A stretch of 50,984 nt of DNA, filler included, from Trypethelium eluteriae (Eukaryota), in assembly GCA_051942245.1 (NCBI GenBank). It is 2 parts of 2 records of this genome, joined end to end, with 100 filler letters (N's around TTAATTAATTAA, not from the genome) between each part and the next. Parts side by side here need not be neighbours in the genome. Positions count along the whole stretch, not along the records: positions 1 to 25,460 come from JAVECL010000374.1; 1 more part is not named here. One strand, given 5' to 3'. Below are positions 1 to 13,266 of the stretch, piece by piece. Numbering within the stretch: position 1 is the stretch's first letter; each line of letters begins with the position of its first letter. The position numbers were made by a program, and so were the translations under genes. The notes beneath the pieces were generated by a model. The model saw only the letters and a list, made by a program, of their open reading frames with translations. It did no database searches and was not told the origin of the DNA.

Positions 1-1427
1 CGGGCGCGGGCGAGGAAGCCGGAGCCGCCGGTGGTGTTGTCTTTGCCGTCTTTTGGAGGGACGGGTGGGAGGTCCTTCTCGATGTTGGCGAACTTTGCGC
101 TTGCAGCATCGGGTCCTGAGAGGAGATTTGGGGTTTTGTCGAGCACGGACTCAAGACCCTTGTGATTCAGAAGTCGCTCGATGATACTGTTAATATATAG
201 AGTAAGCGCTTTGTTCTGGTCGCGAAGAGAATTGATCTCGGCGTTGAGCTTCTTGTCATGTTCACCCTCACCACCACCATCGCTTTCCGTGTCAACTGAT
301 TGTAACTCGTCTGCTAGACTACCTCCTCCATTGGAAGGACCGTCGCGTGAAGGTGTTCGTTGGTGAACATCAGATCTGCCAGACAAAAGACCGTTCGAAA
401 AGTCGCCATTGAGTGTCTTCTCGCTCAGAAGTAGCTGGAAGCTTTCGTTGTCCTCCATTAGTCGCGCATTTGCCATACGCGTCTCCATTAAGGCCTTTTC
501 GACTTCTCGAAGCTTGCCACCACCCATGTTCTCCATTTCGACCACCTTGATCTGCACTTCAGCGAGTTCCAGCCGGAGCGATTCAATGATTTTGTCCTTT
601 TGCATCACGAGTTTGGAGTTCGCGCTACTAGAATTGCTCCGCTGTAATGAAGGCGCGAGTTGGCCGCTTTCAGGATTGGGAGATCTCTCTTCGCTCCGCA
701 TACTCGCTATAATCAATTGAATCAGTCAAGTATCACCAATGCCAAATGGGGTTACCGTACATGTTCGAGACACGCCGGGTCTACTTTCGACATCGAGGTT
801 TTTGACTTCCTTCACAGCCAGGTTCTCCCTGACCCGCTGCAGGCTTTGTTGCAACTCTTCTTCTCTCGCAGCGGCCTCGTCTTTCTCTTTCATCCATGAC
901 GCGCGTTCGGCTTCGTATATGTTCTCCAGCTCCCTCTTCTGCTTTGTAAGATCTCGTTTCTCGTTCATCAAGCCTTCCAATCGCTCTTCATCCTCGTGTG
1001 ATTTCTCCTCGAACTTTCCTTGCTCTGTATGAGATTCGTCGAGCCGTGCCTGCATCACTTCGACCTGCCTGCGATATTGCTCTGATGCTTCCTCGGTCTT
1101 CTTTAGTCTCTCCTTCAAGTCTTCCACAAGCGCGAGCATTTCTGCGCGGGCATCTTGTTCCTCTTCATCCTCTAATGCTGAAGTCGAATTGCTTAAATTA
1201 GAAGCTCCGCCGGGTTTGCGCACCGCTGCTTTTGCGGATACCGGACCTACATTGGTCCCTCTGACAGATCGGGCCCTTGTCGGTGTTCCGCTCGTACTAG
1301 CTGGTGATGTAGCTGAATTCCTGGAAGGGCTCCTTGTTGAGCTAGCTGGTGGAGTGTTTGTAGTATTGGTGCTCGATAGTTTGCCGGTGCCGGCCTGCGG
1401 TCTTGGTTTCTTAGTCGAATCTGCCAT
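1..1427 (-). CDS. Conserved fungal coiled-coil protein (often annotated 'M protein serotype'-like); 3' end runs off the window
   Basis: ATG at 1427, S/T-rich N-terminus, then a long coiled coil. Intron 707-760 (GTACGG...TAG) restores the frame into QKDKIIESLRLELAE...ARLMEDNESFQLLLSEKTLNGDF, which stays open to position 1. Confidence 0.75.
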
Positions 1428-2114
1428 TCTGCTGTCTTGCGGTCCAAAGCTTGATTGATATGAATGTAGCTGTTATCTGTGCTTCAATGCCATCGACTGC
1501 CTAGAAACGAGACTCGCGTAGCTAAGAATAGATCTGATCTCCAGTGGCGCTACGCCGGTGACCTCTGCTGACAAGAGGCCGAGCATGCGACGCGTTGGAG
1601 ATAATCGATTCGAGAGAAGTAGCTTTGAAGCGTGATGAAGCCCGGATTGCGAAATTGAGCTTCTTCTGCCCTGCTCAAGGCGCGTTTCAAGTTTCCCGGT
1701 GCCAGGGACTTGGCCGCAACAGGGGCCCGACCTTTGGTCACGTCACTCTTGGGAGAATCTAGCGTCAAAGCATCGCAAGAATGTCATGAGAGTATGATGG
1801 GTTGATAAGGCAACACCAAGGCAAAAGGCTACTGTATCGTGATCCTACTGGTCCACCATTTCATTAACAACATGCGCGTACAGCAAGATTCAGGCGCGTG
1901 GGGATGCGCATGCAACATGTGATTGGCTTGAAGGTGCATCGATTGTGATCGGTCGCTTACGCTAGTTTGCATGTTGTTTGCATTCGCGTTCGCACACTCA
2001 ACCTTCCAATTTTCCACACTCGACCTCCGACATCCCAACCACTCTCTACTCGAACCGGAGCGCATTATCACATATCAAGATCAGATTCGAGTATTTTGAT
2101 CTTGAAGCGCAGCG

Positions 2115-2685
2115 ATGGCACCTAAAAAGACGAAGAAGACGACCGATACCATCAATTCCCGCTTAGCACTTGTAATGAAGTCAGGGAAAGGTGCGCTTCG
2201 GCCCTTCCCTTTGCAATGATAATATACTGACTGCTCCATCTTTTAGTCACACTTGGCTACAAGTCCACACTCAAGTCTCTCCGATCTGGGAAGGCCAAAC
2301 TCGTCATCATCGCGAGTAACACCCCACCACTACGGAAATCTGAGCTTGAGTATATTTCGATGTATGAGACCTCTAGAGTGCACCCCTTTGAAGTCGCTAA
2401 CTAGGGAACAGGCTTGCAAAGACTTCTGTTCACCATTTCAGCGGATCTAACGTAAGTGCTATTCCAGATACATAGCATGCTAAGCCAGAGACAAGACGCC
2501 CCAGTCTTTGAGGCATACCCTGCGAAGAAGCCTTACCCCGAGGCTTCGGAGGGTGAAAAATATATGCTAATCTGGTCATGGGACAGATTGAACTGGGTAC
2601 TGCATGCGGAAAGCTCTTCAGATGCTCGACAATGGCAATCATCGATGCCGGTGACTCGGATATTCTCAGCAGCCAAACCTCATAG
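2115..2685 (+). CDS. RPL30: 60S ribosomal protein eL30
   Basis: Exons 2115-2190, 2247-2361, 2412-2451, 2587-2685 splice to [109 protein letters not shown]. Not in the ORF track. Confidence 0.97.
2516..2555 (+). promoter_or_regulatory. Kink-turn RNA element in RPL30 intron 3 (candidate eL30 binding site)
   Basis: C-stem UACCC(2516-20)/GGGUG(2551-55), 3-nt bulge UGC, tandem G.A, A.G, A.G pairs (2524-26 with 2550-48), then NC-stem GAAGCCUU/GAGGCUUC. Confidence 0.7.
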
Positions 2686-3100
2686 ACGGAGATTTCGGAC
2701 ACTAAAATGCAGAAGAAAGCATCGCTATAATAGAAACATTCTCTGTACACTTACAGGAAAGGCAGCTTGCTTGTGGTGGTTTTAGCTTAGGAATGGTCCT
2801 GTGCTTTAGGAGTCATGTAGGCATGACCAACCAGAGTTGGCGTCTCTCAGACGTATCGAGCTAGATAACTACCTAAGGTAGCGATAATTATGACTCTTCC
2901 TGACTGTGCTGCCATCTGTGCTTTGACTGTCCCAACATCGGCGAGATTGTTGCTCCGTAATCAGATCCTCATCGCCGAGTTTGACGTGAATTATAAATCC
3001 GGCGGTCCGTGCGCGCACTTCACAAAAGGACCAACGCCCGCACTCTCGTCATATCCCATATCATCAATTTCCGCGAACACAACCCAAAATCTTTGACACG

Positions 3101-4036
<936 letters not shown>

Positions 4037-4784
4037 GTGGAACGGGATTGATGATGGGAATTGGTCATGGATGGGTGGTTTGTGACTACAGGATGGGATT
4101 TGCTTATTATAGGCTCATGTATCCTGAAATCAACATCATACTTGTGACGCAACCATGCAATCTTTGTGAAGATGCTATAAACCTTTCCTCGCGAGAGGAA
4201 GCTATCCACATGCTACGCTTGGCTGGGGATCCGCATGAATGATACACACATTCTAATCTAACTCTATTTCGCAATACCACCACCAAGGCCTTCGAGACTT
4301 CAAAGGCAAGACATCATGCTGATCTCTACCTCTCCAAGCTTCGAAGTTCTCTCAATGATATCCCACAAATTCTGCGAAACAGCTTGGAAGGTGATGGTTA
4401 AATACTATAGAAGAGCTACCTGACGGCACTATGTCTCATTTGAAATAATTTAGGAGGTCCTTGAACATAGTTGGCATGAGTAAACACGTTCAGTCTTAAT
4501 AAAAAGCTGCCGCGTTGGTGGAGTTTCGATCACCATATTCCTTGAGCTGTACAGATTGATAGATCTGCCCACACCATCAGTCTATCAAGCAAGTTCCAGA
4601 ACCAAGCGACGGACAAAGTTTCTTATAGGGTATAACGCGCCGTCAAATGCAAAGCAAGACCAATACTACCAAACTCCTAGAATGTCGCTCCCAGCAGGTA
4701 GAAAAAGAGTCGTCTGTATAACTGGTGACATTGGAAGTGGGTAATACTTTACCGCCGCTTAGCCGCAGTCCTCGTAGCAATAAT

Positions 4785-6217
4785 TTAAGAATGGCGGGCA
4801 GGAGTTGCTTTCCCAGTATTGCGAATCAACATCTCTCCAGAGGCAGGTTTCGACAATTGTACAAAGTCGATGGGTATAGAGTGTTCAGTCAGAAGCGTCT
4901 CGTAAGCTTCAAGCCGGGCTATGTGTTTGGCCTGTTGAGCTCTTTCCGCAGTGAGCATCTGTATCAGGGCTTCCTTCGACTGGTGAATTAGCTCGGAGGT
5001 TGGGACGGTAACCACATTTCCACTAATGCTTCCAAGCACCGTTCGATTTCGACTTGCTGTCGCGTCCACCATCAGTGTGGCTTGGACATCTTTTGTATCA
5101 GTATCGATTGGTGTGCCTCCCAATTCAGATTTGGTCGATGCTTCGGGTGTGTGTTGAGGAACGTTGCCATTCGCATATTTCTTTGTCTCGTCTTGTTGTT
5201 TCTCGTCCCTTTGTAGCTCTTGAAATTTGATGGCCATGGCTGGTGGCATGACATCTGTATCGCCACATGGATAGTTTGGCCCCCACCGCAGTATTGCTTT
5301 GACATTGTCCTCGTTGTATTCATCAAAGTTTAGGTATGGAGTTTTGCGAACCACGAGTCGTTCTCCGTCAAAGTGGAATTGAAGAATGCGAACCGAGCGA
5401 GCACAAACCGAAAATACCAAAGCCTAAGACCGTTTAACAAATGCAATAAAATTCTATAAGAGAAACTGGAATATAACTGAATGTCTTGTTTCTTACATAC
5501 CGGGAATACCTTCTCATCTAAGAATGCACTTAAGCGCATATGCATAGCGATGATATCCGTGCCGAGGCAGAGCTCACTTCGGAGGAGGGGATGTTCATCG
5601 TCGGCTTCTGTGCTATCAAGTAGAAAAGATGCGATATGCGGTTTTGCTATACGGTCTTGCCTCAAAGCATAAATCTGGCCACTACGCCAGTGAGATTGAG
5701 TCCGGGGCCACTTGGAATCCTCAGTGAACCGGTACGGCTTTTCGTACCTGCCAGGTTCACATTATTGGTTTGCATTAGGTAATTAACACGCGATGATATG
5801 CAATGCTTACCGGACTGAGGTCCATGGAGAGCCGTTGAGGAGCTCTTCTTCATATAAGCCGCTCCCACCGAGCTTCCCTACGAAGAATGTAGCGAGGTGG
5901 TGGGCCTCGCAATGCCGGCCTGATTCCGAGGGCTTAGTTTCGAGGTCAGGGTCGGGGACGGGCCAGTGGACATCCTCAGGACTATTCCGATACTTCTCAC
6001 CAAATATGGAGTACTCCATAGGTTTGAAAAAGATTGGCTGGTCCGTGAAGTTTTTCTCCGGATCGAACGACATGTCAGATACATTGACATTCAATTCGGT
6101 GAGGATTTCGCGCGTAAAGTCCGATTGAGTGTGACTCCGAGCTGCCTTGTAAATTGAACAAATTTGGCGATAAGTTTGGTGATGGAGTTTATGCCACAAA
6201 TCTCCATTTGACGCCAT
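4785..6217 (-). CDS. Fungal-specific hypothetical protein (3 exons)
   Basis: Three ORF segments join in frame through GT-AG introns 5748-5810 and 5424-5500. The product has PHI...LLRSEL...FPALVFS...RILQFHFDGERLVVRKTPYLNF, a pattern I recognise from uncharacterised Pezizomycotina proteins. Confidence 0.65.
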
Positions 6218-6724
6218 TTTCTAAGAAAATAGAACAGAGCACGAACGTGTAAGAATCTGGTGACAGGGCCGCAAAAGAAGAGGGAGGGCACAGCTTTGCG
6301 CAGTAGGTTGTTTATGGTAGTGACGTTCAGTCAACAATCGCGAGCTACTACAGCAACATCAAAGCTTACGCGGATCACACAGGTTCATCGCGCAACAGCG
6401 ACAAACAAATCTTGTTCTTCCTAACTTTGACACTTTGCTCCAAGCGAGTCCAGCGTTATCTTAGATAAAGCCGGAAAATATTAGTATCAACATCACCTAC
6501 AAGGCTAAGTCTCACTTGACTGGCTCCACTAGGCTGGCTCTCACATCGACAGCTTAAAATGCCCTCATTCTTCTTCCTGCCTTCTCCGCCACCCTGGTTT
6601 AACAGGACGCAATAGACCAGCTATTCAGGTCAGCCGCCTGTCTCATCGTGCGAGGAAATAATTTACTTCGTGTTAAACCCTGAAGCGACTCAGGGCACCG
6701 TCCCCTCCCAACCTTTAGAGTAAA

Positions 6725-8468
6725 ATGAGCGAGAATGTCATCCCAAAATCACAAACCAGCTGGCAGATGTTGGCATCCAGATATGGAGTTCTTGGTATCA
6801 AAATTCACGATGTTGAGCAGCCAAAATCTGGGTCGAAGCTCGGGCTCGACCAATTCCTAACTTTTAGGGCAATATATCATGACCGGTCTCAATCGAACTT
6901 CAAAAACAACATGGTGCACCAATTTATAGATCATGAATACCTCGAAGATGCGCGGGAACACCTTATATCTACGCCAAGTTGGCTCAACTACATCCAAGCC
7001 ATTGAAAATATCCAGGAAAGGCGGTCTCAGATTTCGAAGCAAGATCTAGGAAGCTATTATTCCACAATGGATTGGCAGTATGAGGTCTCTCGAAGAAGAG
7101 AATCCAGCACGCAATCGCTGTCCCAAGCCAAGATCGACATCTCGCCAATCTCAAAGCGCACACGCTCAAAACAGACAGTAAAAGCTTCGGGGAGCCCATC
7201 ACTTACCATGAAGAGACTTACAGGCATGATGGCCTCGAATTTAACACTAGAAGAGACAGCTAGGCCGTCCGATTGGCCCAGAGGTCTTGAAGCGTTTACA
7301 CCACCCCCTTCTCGGGCCCAGGGCACCTCCCAACTCTATGAAACTCCTGAATCACCAGGTCCGGTATCGCCTGCCCAGAAAGAAGATATGCCAACACAGA
7401 ACGATGAGCAAATAGTCAATTCAGCGCTTTTGACATTTCTTCGCTGCCTAATTGGATACAAGAGAGTACCAAAAGCCCAGTGGGATTTTACTCGGCACAG
7501 GTTGACTTTCGAGAATATTCCAGCCGGAGACACTAGGGGCTGTAAAGTATACTCAGCTGATACGGATGGAGTACTGCGAGCTGAGGATGGTCTCTCTATA
7601 CTCGCCATTATCGAAGTGAAGCCTTATGTTAGGAGCCATGACCTGAACTCGATCCGAATGCAAGAGACCGCACAAATGGTCGCGTGGATCCGCGAAGATG
7701 CCCAAGAGCAACATGATTGGAAGAGATTCCCAAACAAGGTGTAAGTCTAACCTGAGAAGTAAGAACGAGGCTTGGGAAATCCGAGGCGGTCAATATTCCG
7801 GTCTCCTGGCTCAAAATCCTGTTGGGGGCCTCCCAGGCTCTGCGAAGGAGGAATAGGATCAGGTGGCTCTCTTCTTTCAATGTCGATTGGAAATAAGTCT
7901 CACTTCGCGTACACGCTTCTCAGGCTCTTGCTGGTTGCGGATTTCCGGGATTACGTAACACGGGATGTGGCCAATGTTTTCCCCTCCGGCTCTTCGGATT
8001 TGGCTATGGCGAGGATCAAGAACTTGTGTGCAACAACCCCGGTACACTCTTTAGAAAGGACTAGAAGCAGAGCAAATTTAGGGAACAGAGTGGTCCTATT
8101 TCTATTCCGCATCAACCTGGAAGTCACGGGCCCACATCTAGCCTCCGCCGAGATATTGGCTGCCCTTAAATTTCACCAAGCCTCGATGGTAGTAATTACG
8201 AGTAAGACATCAATCACTAACTCCATTGTACAGGAAACTCTTAATATCTCAGGATAACTTCGAGATCTTTTTGACCTTTGCCGTATTCAACAAAGAATAC
8301 CATGACTATGTTTTGTGGGGAAAGACTAGCGAGAAAGCCTTCTTATATATGAACGAATTCGGGCCATGGCGAACAATTGATAGTTCGCACATGGAGGCTC
8401 TGAGCAGATTCATTCTAGCATATACCATACAGCAGGAGGCAGTAGTAGGGAATCGCGCTGTTAGGTAG
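6725..8468 (+). CDS. Fungal hypothetical protein with a PD-(D/E)xK-like motif
   Basis: Exon 6725-7740, intron 7741-8233 (GTAAGT...CACTAAC...TACAG), exon 8234-8468. Motifs: DEQIVNSALL, ADTDGVL..AIIEVKP..IRMQETAQMVAWI, LLISQD..EIFLT, FLYMNEFGPW. Confidence 0.7.
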
Positions 8469-8727
8469 CTTACTCATCCAAGATTTGATGGATTCCTGTC
8501 GGAGGCGCTCCAACCTATGTTCATATATTTTGATGAAGCAGGCTATCCTCGCAGCCATTCTTATTGGCATGTCGGTATCAAGCTCGACTCCCTCCTACAG
8601 TTTAGACACAAATTATACGTAATGTGCAAGAGTCCTAATACAATCAAACAAAATCCACACGCGACAAGGAGTAAAACAGAAGAATCTCTTCATCTCTAGC
8701 AGTCAGCTTGTTGAGCATACAGAAGGG

Positions 8728-10514
8728 TTACGTAGAGAATCTCCATCTCAAATCATCGTCACCATGCCACTCTGTCTCATCCGTCACTGGGCCCTCACTT
8801 TCCACCTGGTCTCTCCTCCTGTTCTCTCTTGCCAAAATAAGCCACAAGAGCCCTACGATTATGCAGTTGGCCAGAAGGTAACCCAACGCAAAAGAATGGC
8901 CCAGCACATATGTCGGTCCATCCTCGCTCCTATAAAGCTGCGTTCCGATGACAGCACCCAAGTTCCCTATCGATATCTGCATCGCGTTCGCCGTTGCGCG
9001 TTTGGTCTGGCCAGACACGTTCATCGCGGGCCAGCTGAGCGACAATGCCACTGCGGGATAGATCCCTCCGGCAGCGAAGAACGTGCCTAAGTAAGAAACG
9101 CCAGGGTTGTGCGTCGGATCAGTCTGGCTGAGAAGAATGCAGTAGCCGATGGCTGCGAAAAGTGACGAGGAGATGATGAAAGGGGCGCGTATGTGGACGC
9201 GTTCGGAGATGATGGCTATGCTTGCGGTGAGAATGAAGGCTAATGCGTAGGGCGGTACTGTCAGAAGCTGGGCGTTGGCTGCGGTGTAGCCAAGGCTTTT
9301 AATGATCGTGGGCTAAGAGTAGGTTAGCATATTTACCTCACTTTACATTTGCAACGGAAACGAGAAAGCTCAAGTTCCTACCAAAAAGAGTGAGAGCGTA
9401 TACAGGGGTAAGCTTAGACTGTGATAGACAAGGCCATATAGCCAGCACTTTGGGTCTTTAAGTGCTGCGCCAACATTGGCCCAAGTAAACCCCTCGTTGT
9501 TCGTGGCATCTGAGTCCGCTTTCAGGCGTTCGTGGATGAAGGCACGCTCATCTTCGCGGAGGAAGTTGGCTTCATTTGGATAATTGGCAATGAAGTAGTA
9601 GGCAGCGAGCGAGACGACTACCGTCACAAGTCCTTCCTTTATTTGCGTTGAGCCTCCATGTCTCGAGTAGGTCTGAGAAGGTGACTTACTATGATGAAAA
9701 TCCACCGCCAACCATTGTACCCACCAACTCCCTTCATAAATCCAATCCCCTGCAGAGAGTATTAAAGATACGGTTGGCAGTTCAAAAATGCTGAGCAGGC
9801 TTACATATGCGAGGATGCCTCCAAAGGCCCCAGCTAGCGAAGCCGCACTGAAGAATAGCGAGACTCGAAACTGTCTTTCAGCACGCTTATACCACATTGA
9901 CAAATAAAAGACCACTCCAGGAAATAGCCCGCCCTCCGTGGCTCCAAGAAAGAACCGCACAACGAAGAAGCCAGCAAGGTTTTGACTAACTCCCATAAGG
10001 GTGGCGATAATCCCCCACACTAGGGTGATGGTTGGGAGCCATATCTTTGGAGTCGTTCGTTTCAGGGCAACATTCCACGGTACCTAAGAATTTTAGTTGC
10101 ATCCGGAAAGGCTAAGATCAAATGCTGCCATACTTCAAACAAGACGTATCCAATGAAAAACAAGGTCAGGCTAGTCAAATATTGGTTCCCAGCTGCATCG
10201 TAGGGTTAGCAAGAGATTGAGGCACAGAGTTTGCAGGTCAACCATACTCATATGTAGATCTGTCGTGAGCCCATCCAAACGAGCATTGGCAACTAATTAC
10301 TTGTCAATACGGACGTTCAGGTTTGTCTGGAAATTGACTTACCGTTGCTCCTGTCTAGGAAAGAAAGCAAGTAAAGAACACCAACAGCAGGGAGCAATTT
10401 GAAGTCAAGTTTTCGCAGTAGAGCCGACGTTTTGATATGACTATGAGCTTCGACGTCGCTATCGCTGAGTCGATCGGGAGACGTCTGCTCGGACTTCTTT
10501 TCAACGGATGCCAT
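8728..10514 (-). CDS. MFS transporter, anion:cation symporter (Tna1/Dal5-like) family; multi-intron
   Basis: LRKLDFKLLP..LSFLDRSN, RFFLGATEGGLFPGVVFYLSMWY and GQTKRATANAMQISIGNLG motifs spread over several exons. Start MASVEKK at 10514. Confidence 0.9.
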
Positions 10515-12232
10515 CGCGGCCAATTCGTAGATTGTCACTGAGCAAACTGAAGATGCAGGATAGCCAGGGTATTGAAGCAAATGGGTCCCCGGCTCTTTCT
10601 ATTTCGCCACTATTCGAAGAGACCAAGACCACCAGAGAAAACGCAATCGATCTAGTTGAGACAAGCCGCACCCAATAACTATGGACTTAGTAAGATCCCA
10701 CGGTGACCGCCATACAGCGGCAAGTACTTCCAACTTTGGATCTACGAGCCAATGGCGAGATAGCAAGCGAAAGAGGTGAAATAAGAGATTGACCCATCTT
10801 TTGTGACGACTTAGATGCGTTCATCGATCTATATTTTACGTCAATGGCATCGATTAAGCCAATGTTGAAGTGGTCTGGACAGGAACGGGCTGATGCACGC
10901 ATTGCAGGGTCGAAATGTCGTGATCGGTATGATCTGCGCCAGGATTTCTGGCGTCTCCTGCGGTGCTGGTGCTAGTCCAGGCAGGTGGACCCGTCTGCCG
11001 TTAGAGGGACTTCTGACGTTACCACCGCTACGGAGTATATGCCTGAGCAATTTGCTTTTGCTTCGAATGCAACTTGTATGCCTTGTTACCAAGAAGGTGG
11101 AAGGCCGCAGTATCATGTCTCAGAAGGGGATAGCCTCACACGTGACAGTCTACTCAACCCTGTATGAGCAGTCGGATGTCAATTGAGCGACTACAAGAAG
11201 CTTGGTTTATAGACACGCTCGGAGAATCTCAATCTGTCTGTGCGGGCTTGTACTGACTACATTAGGGATCAAGTTTTTTCTGGCTATGTACATTTGTGTA
11301 CGTGCGTAATTCCTCTATTTGACGCTGTTAAACATGTCCAGTTTCCTGACTGCTCTTTTCCCTGCTATGGCATGCTGCGACCTACGGTGCCGGGATGAAG
11401 TGAAGCTCTCGTATACAAGCTTGAGTCTATTTGCGTTTCACTTTGTCATTACGGCTTCGCAATAGCAATTCGATGCTCTGACCTGAAATGAATAGAATTG
11501 TGGAAGGCGAAGAGTATTTACAGGAAACCGTACCGTCAGCTGCAACTTCAGCTACTCGCATGTTATGCTGGACTGTGAGGGTATGATATGCCTCTCTCTC
11601 AAATCGAAAGATTTCTAAGTGTCTGAGAAATTGGGGATTTCCCTTGTCAGTAAAGCCGTAGACGGGTATGCAATCTCAATCTGTTTTTGCTATCAGTATA
11701 GCAGGGACTCGATGTGGTACAGGAAGCTCTCAAAGCCAACATGGAAGGGGATGTGGAAACGGGTATAGAGATGGCCAAGACAGACCATGATGACATGTGA
11801 ACTCAGTGGTGCTAGGTGCGTATTGCGAAAGGTAGATATCTTAAATGAATCTGTCAGATAAGTACGATGCTTTCGACAGAGTAGGTACGATGCTTTCTAT
11901 GATATGGCAAGCAATACATAGGGACTCCAGAAGTTGACCCGATATCGAGTAATGCACAAGCTATTCCTCTAGTAAATGCGTATGTCTCTTCCCTCTCTTC
12001 ACCCGCTAGCAAATCAAGCCTCCCCGAATCTATCGTGGCGCGCAACGCCGTCCTGTATCATGTTCGCGCTAGTAATGGCAAATGATGCCACCTGGTAGGA
12101 TATGGAAGAAGTTGTATTCGACCGCGACTCTTCAATGAGTACGTTGGGTTGAGAGGCTATCGTAGAAGCCGTTCACCTCTCCCGAGATAATGTCTGGTCC
12201 ATGGTTTGTCGTTAAAGCGTGGATTTTGCTCT

Positions 12233-12886
12233 TCAAGTATTCTTTTTCCTCTCGCCCTCAGCATCGAACCCCAAAGCATCCAGCTGTCGAATTAACTCAT
12301 TCATTTTGATGACCTTTTCAAATTGTTCCGGCAGCAAGGAGTCACCCTTGTCTTTCTTGTCCTTTAGGTCTTTTGCCTGCCGCAGCTTCTTACTTAGCTT
12401 CCGTGCCTCCTTCTCCTTTTCGGCTGCTGAGTCTACTGGCGGATGCGGGCTCGAATCTACAGCACCATTTATCTGCAATTCTTGTGAGCCGTTCCTTCCA
12501 ATGCCTTTGGAGCTTCCACCATCATTGGCCTCTCCCTCGCCAGCTTCCGCTTTCGCAGCCGCAACAGCCTTCTTTCTGGCTTCCCTTCTCCTCGCATTCT
12601 TATTGGTTACCGCACTAACCTGCCCAGTCGCCTTGTCTTCGCCATTATTCAAACTTTCAGCTCCAGGTACGCCTCCGCTTCCGCGATTCTTCCATGCTTC
12701 TGCCGCGCGATTTTTGTAGACCTCAATGTCTTCGGGTGGACGATAACCAGGCCGAACACGGATCTCTTTGCGGACAGAACCATCGGCGCGAGTAGAGGAG
12801 GGAATTATTGACTCGCCAGTAGTGGAGGTCTGAATGCCGGATTTCGCAGTGGCGGGTTTGGTGGTGTCCCCAGTAGCTGCCGGCAT
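12233..12886 (-). CDS. PYM1: Partner of Y14 and Mago (Mago-binding protein)
   Basis: IPSSTRADGSVRKEIRVRPGYRPPEDIEVY (Mago-bind motif) and C-terminal KLSKKLRQAKDL...LLPEQFEKV. ATG at 12886. Confidence 0.88.
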   Translation of the reverse strand: MPAATGDTTKPATAKSGIQTSTTGESIIPSSTRADGSVRKEIRVRPGYRPPEDIEVYKNRAAEAWKNRGSGGVPGAESLNNGEDKATGQVSAVTNKNARRREARKKAVAAAKAEAGEGEANDGGSSKGIGRNGSQELQINGAVDSSPHPPVDSAAEKEKEARKLSKKLRQAKDLKDKKDKGDSLLPEQFEKVIKMNELIRQLDALGFDAEGERKKNT

Positions 12887-13087
12887 GATAATGGTAAACA
12901 GTCGAATGTAGCTGCCGTCCGTCAACCTTCGAATGGGGGACGGCAACTGCAAGCAAGTGATTTTGCTCTCCGAAAAACTGACTAAGAAGTTATGTACACT
13001 TCGTCCCCACTGTCGGGGTATGCGGCTGTTGGTGTATGCTCGACTTGGAGTCGTTGTCAGACTGCCTAATGCTTGTCGTCGGCTAGG

Positions 13088-13092
13088 CCAAT
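13088..13092 (+). promoter_or_regulatory. CCAAT box in the PYM1/QCR9 bidirectional promoter
   Basis: GGCCAATCA about 175 bp upstream of QCR9. The HAP/CCAAT complex regulates respiratory genes in fungi. Function here is inferred. Confidence 0.4.
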
Positions 13093-13266
13093 CACAGCCA
13101 AGCTCATCCGGAGAGCTTTGAGCCGCAAAACGTACAGATGGGTACTGTACTTCTTCCGTAGAGCTCCTTCATCCGCACCTCAATTTAACGATCTTGATTG
13201 CGCCTAGTCCTTGCATTGTCCCTCCACTCCCGCTCTGGAGAGCAAGCATTTGCTTCTGATCACAAA

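Noticed and set aside
10600..12200. 1.6 kb intergenic region with short ORFs
   Set aside because: No recognisable protein motif, coherent splice pattern or dense helices.
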